DNA of 64,000 nucleotides from an archaeon. GTDB taxonomy: Archaea; Nanobdellota; Nanobdellia; Pacearchaeales; GW2011-AR1. Under the pieces are notes generated by a model. The model saw only the letters and a program-made list of their open reading frames with translations, was not told where the DNA came from and did no database searches. The position numbers were made by a program, and so were the translations under genes. The stretch lies in NCBI GenBank assembly GCA_009992175.1, contig JAACWA010000010.1, forward strand, positions 16,864 through 80,863. The letters run 5' to 3'. Shown here one piece after another: positions 9,962 to 18,710 of this stretch. Each line of letters begins with the position of its first letter. Positions within the stretch are counted from its first letter, which is position 1.

Positions 9962-10624
9962 ATTTATTTTAAAATCTATAATAAACCCCATAAAACATTA
10001 TAAACAAAATTTTTCTTCTTTTTATATGACTTATGATTTAGATTTTTATAAAGCGTACTCAGAATATTTAGTTGAAGAGAGAGTTCGAAATGTTCATGAT
10101 TCTCTTTTAAATATTTTCAAAACAAATTTTGATTTTAATAATGTAGTTGATTTTGGATGTGGATAATTTAATGAATTTCTTATTTATGGAAAACCAGAAA
10201 AATATGTTGGAGTTGATAAAGAAGTGGGTGACTCTAAGGAATACTATAGAAGATTTATTAATGCAGACTATTGGAGTTCAGGAAATTTGCAAAAGTTAAT
10301 TAATCCTTCAAAACCAACGAGTTTTGTAAGTTTATTTTCTTCTGAAATTATTGCTCCTTTTGAAGAAAACTATAAATTTTATGAAAGAATTTTTAAGGAA
10401 ATTCCTTCGGTGAATGGGGGTTTGGTAAGTGGGTTTTTTTATAAAAACAAAAAAATCAAAACCCAATTGGAGAAACAGGAGGAATAATGAGCTATCAAAC
10501 TTTAGAAAATATAGAAGATGTTTTTTCGGAGGTTTTTAGTGAGATGAGAACCCTTTTACCCGTTCCTTCAAAAATGTTCGGAAAAGATGTTTTTGAAGTG
10601 TGGAAATATTTTGAGAGAAAATAA
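9954..10624 (+). pseudogene. class I SAM-dependent methyltransferase-like pseudogene
   Basis: VVDFGCG then in-frame TAA 10164-10166; frame continues (YVGVD...); 1-nt deficit in A7 10449-10455; restored tail NPIGETGG...VWKYFERK ends TAA 10624. Confidence 0.75.
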
Positions 10625-10625
10625 T

Positions 10626-11042
10626 TTATTTTAAAGATTTACTAACTTTTCTTTCAAGACTTCCAATCATTTTTTTTATCTCTTTAATTTCTCTTTCTGC
10701 CTTTCTGTTTACAGCATAATCATATTCTGCACGTTGCCTGTCTCTTTCATTTTCTCTATTTTGACTCATTAAAATTATGGGTGCTTGAAATGCAGCTACA
10801 CATGACAAAACCAAATTTAAAAGAATAAAAGGATAGGGGTCCCAAGATTGGTGCGAAAACCAAACAACATTAGTAATCATCCAAAGAAGCAAGAAAACAA
10901 AAAATCCAGAAATGAATCCCCAACTTCCGGCAATTTTTGTAAGTTTATCTGCTGCTTTTTGTCCTTTTGTTGTTGGAAGTGCATTAGGATGAGTTATTGC
11001 TATTACGGTTTTTGGTTTCTTTTTATCCTCTTTTTTTACCAT
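10626..11042 (-). CDS. DUF1003 membrane protein
   Basis: GSWGFI, WDPYPFILLNLVLS, QAPIILMSQNR. Confidence 0.92.
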   Translation of the reverse strand: MVKKEDKKKPKTVIAITHPNALPTTKGQKAADKLTKIAGSWGFISGFFVFLLLWMITNVVWFSHQSWDPYPFILLNLVLSCVAAFQAPIILMSQNRENERDRQRAEYDYAVNRKAEREIKEIKKMIGSLERKVSKSLK

Positions 11043-11089
11043 AATTATTTTTAGTTAAACTTGGTTATAAATTTTGTGATATAGGCTGA

Positions 11090-11127
11090 ACCAACATATT
11101 TTTAACTCTTTAAGAATTTATTCTACC
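11090..11127 (+). promoter_or_regulatory. gatE promoter, near-duplicate of gatD promoter
   Basis: ACCAACATATTTTTAACT-N9-TTTATTCTA-N2-ATG. Confidence 0.7.
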
Positions 11128-12570
11128 ATGGAAATTGATTATAAAAAAATAGGGTTTAAAGCAGGGCTTGAGATTCATCAGCAATTGGATACTCATAAAC
11201 TATATTGTGATTGTCCTTCTGTTTTGAGAACTGATGAACCCATAAAAACTACTAAAAGAAAAATTCATTTTGTTGCAGGAGAATCAGGAGAAGTAGATGT
11301 TGCGGCCAAATTTCAGGGAGAGGAAGATAAAACTTATTTTTATCAATCGTATGATACAACTTGTTTAATTGAATTAGATGAAGAACCTCCTCATAAAATA
11401 AACAAGGAGGCCTTAAAAACTGCATTAGAAATTGCAATTTTGATGAATTGTAAAGTTTTTCCTATTGCCCAAATTATGAGAAAAACTATTGTAGATGGTT
11501 CTAACACTTCAGGATTTCAAAGAACAGTTCTAATTGCATATGGGGGATTTATAGAAACGAGTGAAGGTAAAGTTGGAATTGATTCAATTTATTTAGAAGA
11601 AGATTCTGCACGTCCAGTTGAAAGAGATAAAAATTTTGTTAAATATAGGTTAGACCGATTGGGAATTCCTTTAATTGAAATCTCAACCAAACCAGACTTA
11701 AAATCTCCTTCTCAGGTAAAAGAAGCTGCACTCAAAATTGGAGAAATTTTAAGAAGTACAAAAGTTCGTAGAGGAATTGGAACAATTCGTCAAGATTTGA
11801 ATGTTTCAATTAAAGGTTCTAATAGGGTTGAAATAAAAGGTTTTCAAGATCCAAAAATAATGGAAAAGTGTATTGACTTAGAGATTAATAGACAAAAAGG
11901 TTTTTTGGATAAAAATAAAAAAAATTCTCCTGAAGTTAGAAATTGCTTATCTGACGGAACAACAGAATTCTTGCGTCCAATTCCAGGTTCGGCAAGAATG
12001 TACCCTGAAACAGATTTAGAACTTTTACATATAAAAAAGGATTTTATTGACGAAATTAAAAGAAACTTGCCAAAACTTCGAGGAGAAATTGAAGAGGAAT
12101 TAATAAAACAAGGATTAAGTGAAGAGATGATAAAATTAATTTTTAAAGAAAATAAACTTTCTGAATATAAAGAGCTTTATGAAATCAGTGGAAATCCCAA
12201 ATTAATTTCAAAATTGCTTTTAGTTTTACCAAAAGAGATTGCAAAAAAAGAAAACAAAACTTCTGAAGAAATTGAAGAAATTCTTAATAGAGATGTGATG
12301 GTTTCAATTTTAGATTTAGTCTATAAAGATAAACTTCATGAAAAAGATGTTAAACATGTTTTAGAGAAAATTGTTTCAGGAGTTGAATTTAAGGAGGCTA
12401 TGAAACTCGAGAAAAAGGATTTGGGGGACGTTGAAGAAAAAGTTATGAAAATTGTTAAAGATAAACCTGGCCTTTCACCAAATGCTTATATGGGCCTTGT
12501 TATGAAAGAACTTAAGGGAATGGTTACTGGTCAAGAAGCAATGGAAGTAATTAGGAAATTTGTAAAATAA
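11128..12570 (+). CDS. gatE: Glu-tRNA(Gln) amidotransferase subunit E (short form)
   Basis: GLEIHQQL, MRKTIVDGSNTSGFQRT, LEEDSAR, DRLGIPLIEI, RGIGTIRQD, GSARMYPETD. Confidence 0.95.
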   Translation: MEIDYKKIGFKAGLEIHQQLDTHKLYCDCPSVLRTDEPIKTTKRKIHFVAGESGEVDVAAKFQGEEDKTYFYQSYDTTCLIELDEEPPHKINKEALKTALEIAILMNCKVFPIAQIMRKTIVDGSNTSGFQRTVLIAYGGFIETSEGKVGIDSIYLEEDSARPVERDKNFVKYRLDRLGIPLIEISTKPDLKSPSQVKEAALKIGEILRSTKVRRGIGTIRQDLNVSIKGSNRVEIKGFQDPKIMEKCIDLEINRQKGFLDKNKKNSPEVRNCLSDGTTEFLRPIPGSARMYPETDLELLHIKKDFIDEIKRNLPKLRGEIEEELIKQGLSEEMIKLIFKENKLSEYKELYEISGNPKLISKLLLVLPKEIAKKENKTSEEIEEILNRDVMVSILDLVYKDKLHEKDVKHVLEKIVSGVEFKEAMKLEKKDLGDVEEKVMKIVKDKPGLSPNAYMGLVMKELKGMVTGQEAMEVIRKFVK

Positions 12571-12653
12571 AATTATTTTCATGGGGTTTAATCCCTACGT
12601 TCATTTTGATTTCAAAATGCCGGATGGAAATAATTAAGAAATTTGTTAAGTAA
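12571..12653 (+). repeat. inverted-repeat-bounded element followed by diverged copy of the last 10 codons of gatE
   Basis: 12624-12653 matches 12541-12570 at 26/30 nt; IR 12571-12582/12624-12635; internal hairpin 12602-12619. Confidence 0.75.
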
Positions 12654-12697
12654 TTCTTTACAGAAAACATTAAAAATCTCTTTATATTCAACTTTTC

Positions 12698-13981
12698 ATG
12701 GAAAGAACGTATGTTGAAAATTTGAAAGTAGGAGAAGAAGTTTTACTTCATGGATGGGCTTACGAAATTCGTGAACTTGCAAATTTGAAGTTTTTAATTT
12801 TAAGGGATAGCACTGGAATGGTTCAGTGTATTGTTAAAGGAATTGATCTTATGAAAATTTCTTCTGAATTGACTTTAGAAAGTGTAGTTGAAGTTCATGG
12901 AAAGGTAAAAAAGGCCGTTGTAAAAACACAATACACAAGAGGAGATATTGAGGTTGAAGTTACAAAATTAAAAATATTAAATAAGGCTGAAAAACTTCCT
13001 ATACATGTTAATGAAAAGGCGGTTGAACCTACTGAACTTTCAAAGAGGCTTGACAATAGGTCGCTTGATGTGAGAAAACCAAAAGTAAGTTCAATATTCA
13101 AAATTCAGTCTACAATTATTAATTCATTTAGAGAATTCTTTTTTGAAAAAAACTTTGTTGAGATTCAACCTCCAGGAATAATAGGAACTTCAACCGAGGG
13201 AGGAACAGACTTGTTCAGTGTCGATTATTTTGGAAGGAAGGCATACCTTGCACAAAGTCCTCAGTTATATAAACAACTTATGGCAATTTCTTTAGAAAAA
13301 GTTTTTTCTACGAGTGCAATTTGGAGAGCTGAAAAGCATGACACTTCTAAACACATAAATGAAATAAGACAAATGGATATTGAAGTTGCATTTAGTGATG
13401 ACATGAAAATTATGAAATATTTGGAAGAAGCTGTTCGGTATATGGTTAAAAAAGTAATTGAAAAAAATAAAAAAGAACTTGAAATTTTGGAATTGGACTT
13501 GAAAATTCCAAAGGCAAAATATTTAACTTATGCCAAAGCTATTGAGCTTTTGAATAAAAATGGTTTTAAATTAAAAATTGGAGATGATTTTGAGCCTGAA
13601 GCTGAAAGAAAACTTTGTAGTCTTTTTCCAAACACAGTTGTTTTTACGTATGAATGGCCTATTGAAATAAAACCTTTTTACATTTGGCCAAAAGATGAAA
13701 AGAAAAAGGTCTCTGGTGGTTTTGATGCTCTTTATGGTGGAGTTGAAATAAGTTCGGGAGGACAGAGAATTCATTTACCCGAAGTTTTGACTAAAAATAT
13801 AAAATCAAAAGGGTTGAAACCAGCTGACTTTCAGTGGTACATTGATTCTTTCAAATATGGTGCTCCTATGCACGCAGGTTGGAGTATTGGACTCGAAAGG
13901 ATTACTCATGCAATGATTGGTTCAGATAATATTAGGGAAGTAACCTTATTTCCAAGAGATAGAAAGAGGTTGACCCCATGA
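12698..13981 (+). CDS. aspS: aspartate--tRNA ligase (archaeal type)
   Basis: OB-fold LRDSTG, TEGGT, YLAQSPQLYKQ, EISSGGQR, GLER, FPRD. Confidence 0.92.
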   Translation: MERTYVENLKVGEEVLLHGWAYEIRELANLKFLILRDSTGMVQCIVKGIDLMKISSELTLESVVEVHGKVKKAVVKTQYTRGDIEVEVTKLKILNKAEKLPIHVNEKAVEPTELSKRLDNRSLDVRKPKVSSIFKIQSTIINSFREFFFEKNFVEIQPPGIIGTSTEGGTDLFSVDYFGRKAYLAQSPQLYKQLMAISLEKVFSTSAIWRAEKHDTSKHINEIRQMDIEVAFSDDMKIMKYLEEAVRYMVKKVIEKNKKELEILELDLKIPKAKYLTYAKAIELLNKNGFKLKIGDDFEPEAERKLCSLFPNTVVFTYEWPIEIKPFYIWPKDEKKKVSGGFDALYGGVEISSGGQRIHLPEVLTKNIKSKGLKPADFQWYIDSFKYGAPMHAGWSIGLERITHAMIGSDNIREVTLFPRDRKRLTP

Positions 13982-15264
13982 GTTTCATATCAATTAAAGA
14001 AGCGATTGCAAAAGGAAAAGGGAAAGTTTCTATTCGTGGATGGATTCATCGTGAAAGAGGTTCAAACAAAATAAAGTTTATTGTTTTAAGAGATTCAACA
14101 GAAATAATTCAAATTGTTTTTCCAAGGGAAAAGTTTGAAAAACAATGGGAAGAAATTGACAAACTTCAAATTGAGGCAAGTATAGAAGTTGAAGGAGAAA
14201 TAAAAGAAGACAAAAGAGCTCCTTCAGGATATGAAATTTCAGCAAGTAAAATAAAAATTGTTGGAGAGTCTAATGAATTTCCAATAAACAAAGATTTGAA
14301 TGAAGAGCTTCTTGGAGACCGAAGGCATTTGTGGCTTAGAAGTAGGAAGATGACTTCTGCAATGAAAATAAGAAGTTCAGTAATGTTTGCAATGCATGAA
14401 TATATGCATAAAAACGGATTTACTGAAATTGAAGCGCCTTCTTTAAGCGGGGCTGCTAGTGAAGGAGGCTCAGAAGTTTTTGAAACAAATTATTTTGGTA
14501 AGAAAGCATATTTAACTCAATCTTGGCAATTTTATGCAGAGAATTTTATTCACGCTGTAGGTAAAGCATATGCAATGGCTCCTTCTTTTAGAGCGGAAAA
14601 GTCCAAAACTCCGTGGCATGTTACAGAATTCTGGCATTTTGAAGTTGAAGGTGCATGGATGGATTTACTTGATGACATGAAAATTGCAGAAGGGTGTATT
14701 TCTTATGCTATTCAAAAAGTTTTGAAAGAAAATGAAACCGAATTAAAAGCTGTTGGAGCAAATATTGAAATGTTGAAAAAAGTTAAAGCACCTTTCAAGA
14801 GAGTTACTTATGAAGAAGCAATAAAAAAGTTAAATGAAAATGGACATAAGATGAAATATGGGGATGACTTTGGTTCTTCTGAAGAAAGAAGTCTTGCAAA
14901 ATATTATGGAGACAATTTTGTTTTTGTGACTAACTATCCTTTAGGATTATTAAAATTTTATCATGGAGAAGACCCAAAAAAACCTGGAACTGGAACTAAT
15001 TTTAATTTACTTGCTCCAGGAGTTGGAGAAATGGTGGATGGTTCGCAAAGAGAACCAGATTTGAAAAAAATTGTTGAAAGACTTAAAAAAGCAAAGATTG
15101 ATTTGGGAGCATCTGACTGGTATTTAGATTCTAGAAGATATGGGAGTGTTCCTCATGCTGGTTTTGGCCTCGGACTTGAGAGGTTTGTTGCATGGATTTG
15201 TGGTTTTGACACAATAAAAGATGCAATTCCTTTTCCCAGAACTCCAACAAGAATTTATCCTTAA
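13978..15264 (+). CDS. asnS: asparagine--tRNA ligase
   Basis: RHLWLRS, YLTQSWQFYAE, FRAEKS, GEMVDGSQRE, RRYGSVPHAGFGLGLER; ATGA overlap with aspS. Confidence 0.9.
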   Translation: MSFISIKEAIAKGKGKVSIRGWIHRERGSNKIKFIVLRDSTEIIQIVFPREKFEKQWEEIDKLQIEASIEVEGEIKEDKRAPSGYEISASKIKIVGESNEFPINKDLNEELLGDRRHLWLRSRKMTSAMKIRSSVMFAMHEYMHKNGFTEIEAPSLSGAASEGGSEVFETNYFGKKAYLTQSWQFYAENFIHAVGKAYAMAPSFRAEKSKTPWHVTEFWHFEVEGAWMDLLDDMKIAEGCISYAIQKVLKENETELKAVGANIEMLKKVKAPFKRVTYEEAIKKLNENGHKMKYGDDFGSSEERSLAKYYGDNFVFVTNYPLGLLKFYHGEDPKKPGTGTNFNLLAPGVGEMVDGSQREPDLKKIVERLKKAKIDLGASDWYLDSRRYGSVPHAGFGLGLERFVAWICGFDTIKDAIPFPRTPTRIYP

Positions 15265-15294
15265 TTTTAAAAACTTTAATTTCTATAATTTTGG

Positions 15295-16082
15295 ATGAGA
15301 ATACTTGCCGTAGGGGATCCACATGGATAAGAGAAGATAAAAAAAATTCCCTTGAAAGAAATTGATTCTGTTCTTATAACGGGGGATTTGGGAAAAACTG
15401 ATTTTGCTAGAAAAAGATTTTTTGAGAATCAAGAAAGAAAAAGGAAAGGCCTTCCAGAATTAGATTACACTTCAAAAGATGAGAAACAATCTTCCACACA
15501 AATTTATAATTCTTCTATGATGGTTTTGAAATATTTTTCAAAAAATTTACCTGTTTATACAATTATGGGAAATGTATGGGGTACAGATAAGTGGGTTAAA
15601 AAAAGTGAAAAAAATATGGAATAAAAATTCCCTGTTTAAATAAAGATATAAGAAAAATAAAAAATGTGAATCAGGTTAAAAATGTTTTAAGAAATATTGG
15701 GGGTCTTAGGGTAGGATTTTTGGAGTATTTTATAGATTCTTGCTGGATTAAAGAATTTAATGAAAAAGATAAAAAATCAATTAAAAATGCAAAAAAAGAA
15801 ACTTCAAAAGCAAAAAAAATTTTAAAAAATTTTGGAAGTCTTGAGATACTTGTTTGTCATCAGCCACCCTATGGGCATCTAGATAAGGTAAATTTTCCTG
15901 GAGTTCCTAAAGGATGGAAAGGAAAACATGCCGGAAGTAAGGTTATTTTAGATTATATAAAAAAATATCAACCAAAATATGTTTTTTGTGGACATATCCA
16001 TGAGGGCGAAGGAAAAACAAAAATTGGAAAATCAGAAGTTTATAATCTTGGTGTTGCAGGACATAAAATTTTGGAACTTTAA
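15295..16082 (+). pseudogene. calcineurin-like metallophosphoesterase pseudogene
   Basis: MRILAVGDPHG then in-frame TAA 15328-15330; ITGDL, GN; 1-nt deficit in A7 15608-15614; C-terminal HQPP, GS, CGHIHE. Confidence 0.85.
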
Positions 16083-16227
16083 AATATTAAGTCCGTAATT
16101 TCCCCCAAAATTTCCAAAACTTTTCTTAAAAACTTTTCTCTTCTTTTTCAACCCTCCAGAGTCTATAATAAAGTTTAAAAACTCGGGCAGGAATACAGAT
16201 TTAATTAAATTGGAGGTACCAATAAAA

Positions 16228-16308
16228 ATGGCAGAAGACGATTTTGAAGAAGATTTTGATAAAGAAGAAAACAATGATGACGATGATGCTTGGGATGACG
16301 AAGAATAA
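16228..16308 (+). CDS. 26-aa hyper-acidic micro-protein
   Basis: MAEDDFEEDFDKEENNDDDDAWDDEE; GGAGGT SD at 16212-16217, TTTAAAA at ~16174, T-tract downstream. Confidence 0.65.
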   Translation: MAEDDFEEDFDKEENNDDDDAWDDEE

Positions 16309-16351
16309 GTTTTAGTCTTTTAATTTTTAATTTTTTTTATTGGAATGTTTT

Positions 16352-16590
16352 ATGATTGAAAAATAGAGAAAGAGGATTGATAGGGTAGATAGGAAAATAA
16401 TTAATTTACTTAGTGAGAGGTTTAAGATTTCTAGAGAGATTATTAAATTTAAGAAGAAGAATAAAATTAAAGTTAAGAATAGAAAAAGAGAGGAAGAAAT
16501 TGTTGAGAAATTGGCAAAAAAAGTGATTTGGATAAAAACCTCATAAAAAAGTTTTACAAAATTATATTTAAGTTTTCAAGGAAAGGATAA
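16352..16590 (+). pseudogene. chorismate mutase (AroQ/type II) pseudogene
   Basis: MIEK*RKRIDRVDRKIINLLSERF...K...REEEI; TAG 16364-16366; 1-nt deficit in A7 16516-16522 restores DLDKNLIKKFYKIIFKFSRKG. Confidence 0.8.
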
Positions 16591-16592
16591 AT

Positions 16593-16817
16593 TTATTTCC
16601 TTTCAGGAATGTGAACAAGGCAGTCAGAACAAACTGCATCCATTCTTCCAGTTTGTATATTTTTTATAAATTTAAAATAACCTGGCCTTAATTCTTGCTT
16701 ACATTTTGAACATTTTCCTTCTTGACCTTTCTTTAGTTCTTCTCGGTTTGAGGTCGCAATTTTTATTTCTTTCAAATTTTTTGTCTTTAATGCATTAATG
16801 TAATTGCTTGTTTCCAT
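16593..16817 (-). CDS. small zinc-finger protein
   Basis: 74 aa with CSKC...CSDC. Confidence 0.7.
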   Translation of the reverse strand: METSNYINALKTKNLKEIKIATSNREELKKGQEGKCSKCKQELRPGYFKFIKNIQTGRMDAVCSDCLVHIPERK

Positions 16818-16918
16818 TTTGTGGTACTCTTTCTTAGGTTTTTTGGGTTATAAATTTAATTATGCTACTATACAATGTTACTAACTTTTAAATAGACATT
16901 TTTCATTTTGAGTTTAGG

Positions 16919-17956
16919 ATGGATGTGAATTATTTAAGTGGATCAAAAGAGACTTTTTTGGAGTTTTTAGATTCAATAGGGCTTTATGACAAAGTAGCAG
17001 TTTTAACTCATAATGATTTGGATGGCCTTAGTTCTGGTTTGTTTTTGGAAAAAATTCTTGAAGCTAGAGGAATAAAGGTGAATTTTATTCAATTTTTAGA
17101 TATTAGGGGGGATATGGTCAAAGAGGTCTCTTTAAAATTAAATGAACTGGGGATTACAAAGGTTTTTTTTAGTGATTTAAACATAGAATCAATTGATTTT
17201 GAGGGGTTTGAAGAATTAAGAAGAGAGAAAGATGTTTTTTTAATTGATCACCATCCAACTGGAGAAAATTTAAAAGATTTTAAGAATATTATAAAAACTG
17301 TTTCTGAAGATTGTTCAGGATTAACAACTTTTGTTTTAGGAAAAGACCTTCTCGACTATGAACTTTGGGGATGGCTTGTTTGTTCGGCAATTTTTGCGGA
17401 TTATGCTTTTCGTTCCGAAAAAAATTTAAAATTTATTCAATCCTTTTATCCAGAAGTGACTCTCGAAAACATTTCTTCATCTGTTCCTGGAATGAATGCA
17501 AGAAGAATTTCTTCAGCCCTTATTTATTATAAAAACGATATTGGTTATGTTTACAATTTAGTTAAAGAAAGAAAAATTGACGAATTAATTGAAATTCACG
17601 AATTAATTGAAGAAGAGGTTTACAAATTAGTTGATGATTTCTCAGAAAATAAAGAATATTTCCCTGAAAAAGATATTTATTTTTATGAAGTGAAATCTCG
17701 TTTTGATGTTTTGAGTTATGTTGCAACTTTGGTTGGAGGTGCTGAACCTGATAAAAGTTTTATTTTTATGTACAAAACAAAAGATTTTGTGAAATTTAGT
17801 GGAAGAAGTTCGAATTCTAAAATAAATATGGGAAAACTTATGGCTGAGGGAGTTCTTGGAATGCCTGATTCTGATGGAGGAGGACATATTCCTGCCGCAG
17901 CAGCCAAAATTCCAGAAGAATATGTCGAAGAGTTCAAAAAAAGAGTTTTAGGATAA
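16919..17956 (+). CDS. DHH/DHHA1 family phosphoesterase (second paralogue)
   Basis: HNDLDG, IDHH, FSGRS, GGGHIPAAA. Confidence 0.9.
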   Translation: MDVNYLSGSKETFLEFLDSIGLYDKVAVLTHNDLDGLSSGLFLEKILEARGIKVNFIQFLDIRGDMVKEVSLKLNELGITKVFFSDLNIESIDFEGFEELRREKDVFLIDHHPTGENLKDFKNIIKTVSEDCSGLTTFVLGKDLLDYELWGWLVCSAIFADYAFRSEKNLKFIQSFYPEVTLENISSSVPGMNARRISSALIYYKNDIGYVYNLVKERKIDELIEIHELIEEEVYKLVDDFSENKEYFPEKDIYFYEVKSRFDVLSYVATLVGGAEPDKSFIFMYKTKDFVKFSGRSSNSKINMGKLMAEGVLGMPDSDGGGHIPAAAAKIPEEYVEEFKKRVLG

Positions 17957-18044
17957 TTAATTGATTTTTTTTAAATTTTTTTCTTTTTTAAAGGAATAAA
18001 TCTCAAACATAAAACCTTAAAAAGCATTTTTTATTTTTGGTTAT

Positions 18045-18710
18045 ATGGAAGTAGGGGAAGTAAGTTTGAGGTGGTTAGGTCATTCAGGATTTTTAATTCA
18101 AAACTCTAAAGTGATTTATATAGATCCATTTAAAATGGGGGAAGGTTTACCCAAAGCTGATTTAATTTTGATTACTCATGGACATTATGACCATTGTAGT
18201 TTTGAAGACCTTGGAAAAATTATTCAGGAAGGAACAAGAATTATCATGACTGCTGACGCTCAGAGCAAAATTGCTCGTTTTCAAATTCCAATAAGAATGG
18301 AAGTTGTTTCACCTGGTCAAGAAATTGATATTGGGTCAGTTAAAATTTCTTGTTTACCTGCTTATAACATTGACAAGCCATTTCACCCTAAAGAAGAAGG
18401 ACTTGTAGGATATGTGATAAAAACAAATGATGTAATTATTTATCATGCGGGAGATACAGATGTTATTCCCGAAATGCAAAAGTTAACGGGGTATAACCAA
18501 CCTGACAAAAAATTTGTTGCTTTACTCCCTGTTGGAGGGAGGTTCACAATGAGTGCAGAGGAAGCATTTGAAGCAGCTAAGATAATCAAACCCACATTTG
18601 CAATTCCTATGCATTGGGGAAGTATTGTTGGAAACATTAAGGATGCAGAAGAATTCAAAGAACTTTGTTCGCATGAAGGAATTGAGGTCAAAATTCTTGA
18701 AAAAGATTAA
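18045..18710 (+). CDS. metallo-beta-lactamase fold hydrolase
   Basis: WLGHSGF, THGHYDH, YHAGDT, IPMHW. Confidence 0.92.
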   Translation: MEVGEVSLRWLGHSGFLIQNSKVIYIDPFKMGEGLPKADLILITHGHYDHCSFEDLGKIIQEGTRIIMTADAQSKIARFQIPIRMEVVSPGQEIDIGSVKISCLPAYNIDKPFHPKEEGLVGYVIKTNDVIIYHAGDTDVIPEMQKLTGYNQPDKKFVALLPVGGRFTMSAEEAFEAAKIIKPTFAIPMHWGSIVGNIKDAEEFKELCSHEGIEVKILEKD

